DNA from: Deltaproteobacteria bacterium
Lineage (GTDB): Bacteria; Myxococcota_A; UBA796; SXON01
Direction of reading: 5' to 3'
NCBI GenBank assembly: GCA_016875315.1
Contig: VGRQ01000002.1
Location: forward strand, 1 to 41,915
Length of the DNA: 41,915 bases
Shown here: one piece after another, positions 35,281 to 41,915 of the stretch
Numbering within the stretch: the first letter of the stretch is position 1
How the letters are laid out: each line of letters starts with the position of its first letter
Made by a program: the position numbers and the translations under genes
The notes under the pieces: model-generated
Database searches by the model: none
Told to the model about the DNA's origin: nothing
What the model saw: only the letters and a program-made list of their open reading frames with translations

Positions 35281-36240
35281 ATGCTCCTCCTGCTCGCCTG
35301 CGTCACCGCCGACAACGGCGCCGACCCGCTCGTCGACGACACCGCCACGCCGCCGGGCGGCGACACCGCCGCCGAGATGGGCGGCGCCGACCCGCTCAGC
35401 CTCGCCGCCGAGGTGAGCGAGGCCGAGATCCTCGCCACCATCACCGACCTCGCCGCGCTCGGCACCCGCCACTCGTACAGCGAGGGCGACGAGCTGGCCG
35501 CCGCGTACCTCGTGGATCGGCTCGAGGCCTACGGCCTCGTGGTCGACCAGCTCCCCTTCGAGATCGACGAGGGGGTCACTGGGCTGAACCTCGTGGCCCG
35601 CAAGGAGGGCGTGGAGTCGCCGAGTGTCGTCTACGCCTTCTCGGCCCACTACGACAGCACCAGCGACGACCCGCTGGTGAGCGCCCCCGGCGCCGACGAC
35701 AACGCCTCCGGGGTGGCCGCCGTGCTGGAGGCGGCGCGCATCCTGTCCAGTCGCGACACGCGGGCCTCGGCGTGGTTCGTGCTCACCGCCGGCGAGGAAC
35801 AAGGCGCGCTCGGCTCGCTGGCGCTGGCCGAGGCCTGGCAAGACGAGGGCGCCGATATCCGGGGCGTCATCGCCCCCGACATGATGGCCTACTGGCCGCT
35901 CGGCGACGGCGACGCCTTCGACATCCTCGGCGACGAGGCCAGCGAGCCCCTGGTCAACGACATGGCGCGCGTGGCCGACGAGCTGGGCGTGGCCAACAAG
36001 ACGTGGATCGAGCACCGTTACTGCTACGGCGACGACCACACCTACTACCAGGACGCCGGCTTCCCCGCGATCTCGCCGATGGATTGCGTGGAGGCCCACA
36101 ACGTGCGCGACTCCGGCGAGGACACGCCGCACTACCACAAGACCACCGACACGGTCGACACCCTGTACCTGCCCTTCACCGCCCGGGTGACGCAGGTGAC
36201 GACGGTCACCTTCGCCGGCTGGGTGGGGCTGGCGGAGTAG
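35281..36240 (+). CDS. M28-family zinc aminopeptidase lipoprotein
   Basis: MLLLLAC. Motifs FSAHYDS, GADDNASGVAAVLE and TAGEEQGALGS are the M28 metal ligand blocks. Confidence 0.85.
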   Translation: MLLLLACVTADNGADPLVDDTATPPGGDTAAEMGGADPLSLAAEVSEAEILATITDLAALGTRHSYSEGDELAAAYLVDRLEAYGLVVDQLPFEIDEGVTGLNLVARKEGVESPSVVYAFSAHYDSTSDDPLVSAPGADDNASGVAAVLEAARILSSRDTRASAWFVLTAGEEQGALGSLALAEAWQDEGADIRGVIAPDMMAYWPLGDGDAFDILGDEASEPLVNDMARVADELGVANKTWIEHRYCYGDDHTYYQDAGFPAISPMDCVEAHNVRDSGEDTPHYHKTTDTVDTLYLPFTARVTQVTTVTFAGWVGLAE

Positions 36241-36243
36241 CCG

Positions 36244-38235
36244 GTGTTTCCCTACCACGACTTCCTCCCCCCCACCCTGCTCGACGCGCTCCACGGCGCC
36301 GCCGAGCCCGTCCCCGGCGTGGACGGCCTCCGCGTGGCCCCCGGGCTCCAGTCGGAGTTTCCCCGGCTACAAAACGCCGACGTGCTGGCCCTCGTGGTGT
36401 CGGTCTACAACGAGGTGGCCGCCGAGCTCGCGGCCGTCTTGCGCCAGCGGGAACTCGACCGCGCCTTCGTCGACGCGGGCACGCTCGAACTCGTTGCCGC
36501 GAACGCGGGGATTGCGATCGAGAGCCCGGCCTACCGGACGGTGATCGGCGAGCGCGACGCCCGCAGCCGCGTGGTCGTGGGTCCCGGCCCCGGCGTGGCG
36601 TTGCCCGCCCCGGTCACGGTGCCCGCCGCCCTCCAGGGCCCCCAGGTGACCCTCTTCGGCCCGCCCGACTCGGCGCGCATGGCCATCAACGCGATGAACG
36701 CGCTGCACCGCGTGCGACCAGGGGAGCCCGCCATCGTCGCGGAGCTCGTCGACAGCTCCGGTGCCGTTCCCCGGTGGGGCGCCGACAGTGAAGACAGCAA
36801 GACCCCCCTCGCCCGCGACCTGCTCGCCGCCAGCGAGAACCTCGCGCGCTGCATCGACGGCACCCTGGAGGTCCGCGACGGCGCGCGCCACTACACGCTC
36901 GCGCCCCACCAGCGATCCATCCCCATCAAGCGCGTGGCCGGCCTCGCCCTGCCCGACGGCAGCCACCTGTTCAACCGGGAGCCCCTCCCCCTGCACCTCG
37001 TGGAGCTGGTGCAACACGCCGCGTTGAACCGGGATCGTCCCGAGGCGCTGGTGTACTACATTCCCAAGCTGGAGAACGAGGAAGAAGCGGCCTACCTCGC
37101 GAGCCTGCTCGCCTGCACCGAGCGCCACCTCGGGCTCCCGGCCGGCACCATCCGCGTGCTCCTCGTCTTCGAGAACCCGAGGGCGATCTTCCGCATCCGC
37201 GAGATGGCGACGGCGCTGCACCCGTGGTTTCTCGGGGGCAGTCTCGGCTGGCACGACTTCCTCGCCTCCACGGCGCGACTGTTCAAGAACGACCCCGGCT
37301 ACCGCATCCCGGTGAAGGCCGACCCCAACATCGTGATTCGCAACATCCGCGAGTCGCATCGCATCCTCGTGCGCGACCTCGGGCCGATGGGCGCGCTCAA
37401 GATCGGGGGAATGTACGGGGTGTTGCCCACCGAGGGCGACCCGGCCTCGTACGCGGTGTCGATCGTCGGATTCGTGCGCGACGTGACCACCCAGCTCAAG
37501 CGCGGCCTCGACGGCTACTGGGTGGCTCACCCCGACTTCGTCCGCATCGGCATCGCGCTGGTCGAGGCCTGGCGCCAGGGCCCCGCCATGGTCGACGCGC
37601 TCGTACGCGCGCTGGTGCCGGCCGAGGAGGTAGACCGTTGCCTCGCCTTCGTGCACGCCCCCGACCCGCCCGGGCTCGACGAGGCCGATCCCCGCTACCC
37701 GCGCGCCGTGCTCGCCGCCGAGCGAGGCGCCTCCGAGGTGATCGCCAACGACCACCCCGACGAGGTGCGCTACAACTTGTTCCAGGCGCTGCAATACCTC
37801 TGCGACTGGCTCGCCGGGCGCGGCTGCGTGGCGCTCCCCGCCACGATGAAAGACGCCTCGGGCCAGCCGGTGTTCGTGCGGGTGATGGACGACCTCGCCA
37901 CCACCGAGCGCAGCCGCTGGGAGCTCTGGGCCGAGGTGCACCACGGGCGGGTGCCCGTCGCCACCCTCGACCGCCTGCTCGCCGAGGAGCTGGCCTTCAT
38001 CCGCGAGGGCCGTTCGACCGACACCAAGCGCACGCAGGTGGCCTGGCACCCCACGTGGTCGCCCATCGCCGCGCGGCTGCTACGCGCGATGGTGGTGACG
38101 GAAGACCCCCCCGAGTTCGTGACCCAGCTTCTCCTGCCCTTCGCGCAGCCGATGATCCGCGACGCCGCCGATCCCTGGGCCAGGGCGCGCCGGCTCTGCC
38201 CCGGGCTGTACGACTGGATGGAGATCCCCGTGTAG
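36244..38235 (+). CDS. Divergent malate-synthase-family (TIM-barrel, CitE/HpcH-related) protein
   Basis: [12 protein letters not shown] resembles [41 protein letters not shown] resembles [40 protein letters not shown] resembles [21 protein letters not shown] resembles MGGMAAQIP (AceB sequences compared from memory). Confidence 0.6.
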   Translation: [663 protein letters not shown]

Positions 38236-38262
38236 AATGCGCCCCCCTTCCCGCGAGCGCGC

Positions 38263-41200
38263 ATGAGCTTCCTCCTCCTCTTGTCCCTGGGTTGCCGCGA
38301 GACCGGCGAGACCAAGTTCGTCACCGACCGCGATGAAGACGGCGTCTCCGAAGACGACGATTGCAACGACGAGGACGCCAGCATCGGCCTCCCCGGCACC
38401 TACTACGTAGACTACGATCACGACGGCTACGGCGACGACAGCACCGCCGAGAGCTACTGCGAGCGCCCCGCCGGCTACTCCGAGGTGGGCGGCGACTGCG
38501 ACGACCTGGTGGCCGAGGTGTACCCCGGCGCCGAGGACACCTGCGACGGCCTCGACAACGACTGCGACGGAACCATCGACAACGGCGCCACCGCCACGAT
38601 GTACTACGTGGACGCCGACCAGGACGGCTACGGCGACGACGCCAGCACCGTGTACGACTGCACCCAGCCCGAGGGCACCGCCACCGTGGGCGGCGACTGC
38701 AACGACGCCGACGCCGCCTACAACCCAGGCGCCAGCGAGAGCGACTGCGCCGACCCCAACGACTACAACTGCGACGGCTCGGTGGGCTACGACGACGCCG
38801 ACGGCGACGGCTACGCCGCCTGCGAGGAGTGCGACGATGGCAGCGCCGCCGTCAACCCCGCCGCCGAGGAGAGCTGCAACGACGTGGACGACGACTGCGA
38901 CGGCCTCGTCGACGACGCCGACGACACGGTGAACGGCACCCTCACCTGGTACCGCGACCTCGACGGCGACAGCTACGGCGACGCCACCACCTCCACCGCC
39001 GCCTGCGACCAGCCCGAGGGCTACGGCAGCGACAACACCGACTGCGACGACACCCGCGCCGACGTGAACCCGGCGGCCTCGGAGGTGTGCAACGACCTCG
39101 ACGACGACTGCGACAGCCTCGTGGACGACGCCGACGACAGCCTCGACACCAGCACGGCCAGCACCTGGTACGTTGATGCCGACAGCGACGGCTACGGCAG
39201 CGACAGCAGCACGCTCCTGGCCTGCAACCAGCCCGGTGGCACCAGCACCCTCGCCGGCGACTGCGACGACGCCGACGCCGCCTACAACCCCGGCGCGCTC
39301 GAGGACGACTGCACCGACCCCAGCGACTACAACTGCGACGGCTCGGTGGGCTACGACGACGCCGATGGCGACGGCTACGCCGCCTGCGAGGAGTGCGACG
39401 ACGGCAACGCCGCCAACAACCCGGCCGCCACCGAGAGCTGCGACGGCGCCGACAACGACTGCGACGGCACCGTGGACGAGGACGACGCCAGCGACGCGCT
39501 GACCTGGTACGCCGACGCCGATGGCGACGGCTACGGGGATGATACATCCACCACCGAGGCTTGCTCCGCGCCTTCGGGATACTTGGCCGACAACAACGAC
39601 TGTGATGATACAAACGCCGATGTGTCGCCAGCCGAGGTGGAGCTGTGCAATGGCCTCGACGACGACTGCGACGGCACGGTCGACGAGGACGACGCGGGCG
39701 ACAGCGCCACCTGGTACGCCGACGCCGACGGCGACGGCTTCGGCAACGCGGCGAGCAGCGTGGAGTCCTGCGCCGCGCCCAGCGGCTACGTCAGCGACAG
39801 CGAGGACTGCGATGATACTTCCGCCGATGTATCACCCGGCGATATCGAGGTTTGTAACGACATCGACGATGACTGCGATGGCACCGTCGACGAGGACAGC
39901 GCCGCCGACGCCAGCACCTGGTACGCCGACAGCGACGGCGATGGCTATGGCAACGCGGCGAGCACCACCGTCGCCTGCGACGCGCCCGCTGGCTACCTCG
40001 CCGACGACAGCGACTGCGATGATACTTCAGCCGATGTATCACCCGCCGGGACTGAGCTTTGTAACGGCATCGACGACGACTGCGACGGGAGCACCGACGA
40101 GGACAGCGCCGCCGACGCGAGCACCTGGTATGCCGACAGCGACGGCGATGGCTACGGCAACGCCGCCGCCACCGCGGAGGCCTGCAGCGCCCCGGCCGGG
40201 CACGTGGCCGACGACAGCGACTGCGATGATACTTCCGCCGATGTATCACCCGCCGGGACTGAGCTTTGTAACGGCATCGACGACGACTGCGACAGCAGCG
40301 TGGACGAGGGCGTGGAGACCACCTACTACCGCGACGCCGACGGCGACAGCTACGGCAACGCCGCGGTCACCGACGACGCCTGCTCGGCTCCCAGCGGCTA
40401 CGTCAGCGACGACACCGACTGCGACGACAGCGACGCCACCAGCTACCCGGGGGCGGTCGAGAGCTACGACGGCGCCGACAACGACTGCGATGGCACCGTG
40501 GACGACACCCCTTGGAGCGGCACCGGGGCCGACGGCAGCCTCAGCGTGTCGACCAGCACCACCGTCAACGAGAGCTGGGCGGTCACCGGGATCTCGGGAG
40601 CCGTCGTCACCGTGGACGGCAGCCCGGGCCTCGCCGAGGGCGACGAGGTGTTCGTCATCAACATGCACGGCAGCGACAGCGCCTACACCAACGTCGGCAA
40701 CTACGAGTTCGCGTGGGTGAACTCGGTGTCGGGGAGCAACATCACGCTCGCCGCCTCGCTGTCCACCACCTTCGGGCAGAGCAGCAACGCCGACCTGACC
40801 GACCAGGCCGTCCAGGTGGTGCGCGTGCCCCAGTACACCGACGTGACGGTGAGCAGCGGCGGCTCGATCACCGCCGAGGCGTGGGACGGCGAGACCGGTG
40901 GCGTGCTCGCCTTCCGCGCCACCGGCGTGGTGACGGTGGCCAGCGGCGGGAACCTCAACGCCGACGAGATGGGCTACTGGGCAGGCGAGACCGGCACCGC
41001 CTACAACAACGATGCCTTCCAGGGCGAGTCCTACGCCGGCGAGGGCGACGGGAACTTGCCCCCGTCGGGCGGCTACTACGGCAACTGGGCCGCAGGGTAC
41101 TACCAGAACAACTACGGGGGCGGCGGCGCGATGATCACCGGCGGCGGCGGCAACTACGGCGGCGGCGCCTCGGCCGGCGCGAGCTGGACCGGGGGTAGCT

Positions 41201-41676
41201 ACCCGGCGGCCGAGGCCGGCGACACCTACGGCGACGCGGCGCTGGCCGACCTGTTCATGGGCTCGGGCGGCGCCGGCGTGTGGTACGGCAGCAGCTACCC
41301 CGGCCCCGGCGGCGACGGCGCCGGCATCGTGTTCGTGGCCGCCAACGAGATCGTGGCCAGCGACAGCGCCGCGATCAGCGCCATCGGCGGCACCACCACG
41401 CGCTGGGCCACCGGCACCTGGACCTACGGGGCCGGCGGCGGCGCGGGCGGGAGCATCTGGCTCCTCGCCGACACGCTGACCCTCGGCAGCGCCAGCGTGG
41501 ATGCGACGGGCGGCTTTGGCGAAGACACCCACATCCGCGTGGGCGGCGACGGCGGCTACGGGCGGGTGCGCCTGGACTACAACACGCTCAACGGGTACGA
41601 CTACGGGAGCGGGGGCGACACCACCGAGCAGGCCACCGCCAGCGAGCCCGACGCGGGACACGCCGAGACGCCCTAG
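38263..41676 (+). CDS. Giant lipoprotein with about 14 MopE-type Cys-rich repeats and a C-terminal Gly-rich beta-helix-like domain
   Basis: MSFLLLLSLGC lipobox. Repeats of the type (W/Y)Y.D.DGDGYG......C..P.GY.....DCDD..A.V.P.A.E.CN(G/D).DDDCDG.VDE. The C-terminal 400 aa contain GGGG/GGNYGGG stretches. Confidence 0.85.
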   Translation: MSFLLLLSLGCRETGETKFVTDRDEDGVSEDDDCNDEDASIGLPGTYYVDYDHDGYGDDSTAESYCERPAGYSEVGGDCDDLVAEVYPGAEDTCDGLDNDCDGTIDNGATATMYYVDADQDGYGDDASTVYDCTQPEGTATVGGDCNDADAAYNPGASESDCADPNDYNCDGSVGYDDADGDGYAACEECDDGSAAVNPAAEESCNDVDDDCDGLVDDADDTVNGTLTWYRDLDGDSYGDATTSTAACDQPEGYGSDNTDCDDTRADVNPAASEVCNDLDDDCDSLVDDADDSLDTSTASTWYVDADSDGYGSDSSTLLACNQPGGTSTLAGDCDDADAAYNPGALEDDCTDPSDYNCDGSVGYDDADGDGYAACEECDDGNAANNPAATESCDGADNDCDGTVDEDDASDALTWYADADGDGYGDDTSTTEACSAPSGYLADNNDCDDTNADVSPAEVELCNGLDDDCDGTVDEDDAGDSATWYADADGDGFGNAASSVESCAAPSGYVSDSEDCDDTSADVSPGDIEVCNDIDDDCDGTVDEDSAADASTWYADSDGDGYGNAASTTVACDAPAGYLADDSDCDDTSADVSPAGTELCNGIDDDCDGSTDEDSAADASTWYADSDGDGYGNAAATAEACSAPAGHVADDSDCDDTSADVSPAGTELCNGIDDDCDSSVDEGVETTYYRDADGDSYGNAAVTDDACSAPSGYVSDDTDCDDSDATSYPGAVESYDGADNDCDGTVDDTPWSGTGADGSLSVSTSTTVNESWAVTGISGAVVTVDGSPGLAEGDEVFVINMHGSDSAYTNVGNYEFAWVNSVSGSNITLAASLSTTFGQSSNADLTDQAVQVVRVPQYTDVTVSSGGSITAEAWDGETGGVLAFRATGVVTVASGGNLNADEMGYWAGETGTAYNNDAFQGESYAGEGDGNLPPSGGYYGNWAAGYYQNNYGGGGAMITGGGGNYGGGASAGASWTGGSYPAAEAGDTYGDAALADLFMGSGGAGVWYGSSYPGPGGDGAGIVFVAANEIVASDSAAISAIGGTTTRWATGTWTYGAGGGAGGSIWLLADTLTLGSASVDATGGFGEDTHIRVGGDGGYGRVRLDYNTLNGYDYGSGGDTTEQATASEPDAGHAETP

Positions 41677-41740
41677 CCCAGGGTGTGCCACAACGCCCGG
41701 AAGTGGCGGCCTAGTCGTTAGATAAAACACTGGGTAAACA

Positions 41741-41914
41741 TCAGTAGTTTGTCGCTAACGACCCCACTACGAACGACGAACCCATGGGTAGGAGTTCCAC
41801 CACGCGCGTGGCTCGCTGCCGCTGAAGGCCGGCGACAAGCTCGCGGAGCACCCAGAACGCGGTGTCGTACCAGCCCATCAGCATGTGCAGGGCGGGCGTG
41901 CGGCTCAGCGCCCA
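41741..41914 (-). CDS. 3' end of an unidentified gene (partial; continues beyond the window)
   Basis: Open to the window edge. Very high GC3 in this frame (WALSRTPALHMLMGWYDTAFWVLRELVAGLQRQ...). No family recognised by eye. Confidence 0.4.
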   Translation of the reverse strand, partial: WALSRTPALHMLMGWYDTAFWVLRELVAGLQRQRATRVVELLPMGSSFVVGSLATNY

Positions 41915-41915
41915 G

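Noticed and set aside
40246-41730. 494-aa minus-strand ORF, plus several R/P-rich plus-strand off-frame ORFs (38361-39176, 39521-40720), inside the MopE giant gene
   Set aside because: These are off-frame or antisense translations of GC-rich repeats (Arg/Pro/Ala/Thr strings). Only frame 38263-41676 gives Cys-spaced MopE repeats and a lipobox.
41714-41762. 8-bp inverted repeat GTCGTTAG...CTAACGAC in a locally AT-rich patch after the MopE gene, as a possible terminator or small RNA
   Set aside because: The loop is 33 nt, the stem is short, no T-run follows, and the loop contains the stop codon of the convergent partial ORF. This is insufficient evidence for a discrete element.

Overview
About 70% GC bacterial chromosomal DNA. 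The protein repertoire points to a Myxococcota-like organism (inference): two MYXO-CTERM-type tails (GCGC/GCG, then a hydrophobic stretch, then RR), many MopE-type Cys-rich 'CDD..NP.A.E.C(D/N)G.D(N/D)DCDG' repeats, and thrombospondin-type-3 Ca-binding repeats. Coding density is high and GC3 is very high in the true frames, so most long ORFs in the track are antisense or off-frame shadows. Recognisable genes are cysG, a Uma2 nuclease, a three-gene surface-protein operon (MYXO-CTERM proteins plus an OmpA-family protein), a giant Kelch/HExxH/MopE lipoprotein, ahcY divergent from an ArsR-methyltransferase (SahR-like) regulator, a Phd/ParE toxin-antitoxin pair, an SDR, an S8 subtilase followed by two tandem paralogous lipoproteins, a sulfatase-like protein, slyD, a beta-barrel protein, a low-GC cassette containing a cytoplasmic metzincin-like protein, a compact flagellar block (flhA-fliA-flgF-flgG-flgA-flgH), an M28 peptidase, a divergent malate-synthase-family protein and a 1137-aa MopE-repeat lipoprotein. 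I saw no rRNA, tRNA, CRISPR array, transposase or integrase. The most interesting signals are three hypermutable-looking tracts placed exactly where they would switch expression. A 7-bp repeat uncouples SD+ATG from the signal peptide of the S8 protease. A C11 tract does the same for the giant lipoprotein. A second C11 tract abuts the -35 box of the low-GC cassette promoter. Other signals are mosaic tandem paralogs downstream of the protease, a segmental duplication bracketing the cassette, a 62-bp x3 repeat, REP-like hairpin units inserted in frame in cysG, and a sigma-28-type motif that sits 7-9 nt from start codons, including that of a non-flagellar surface operon.
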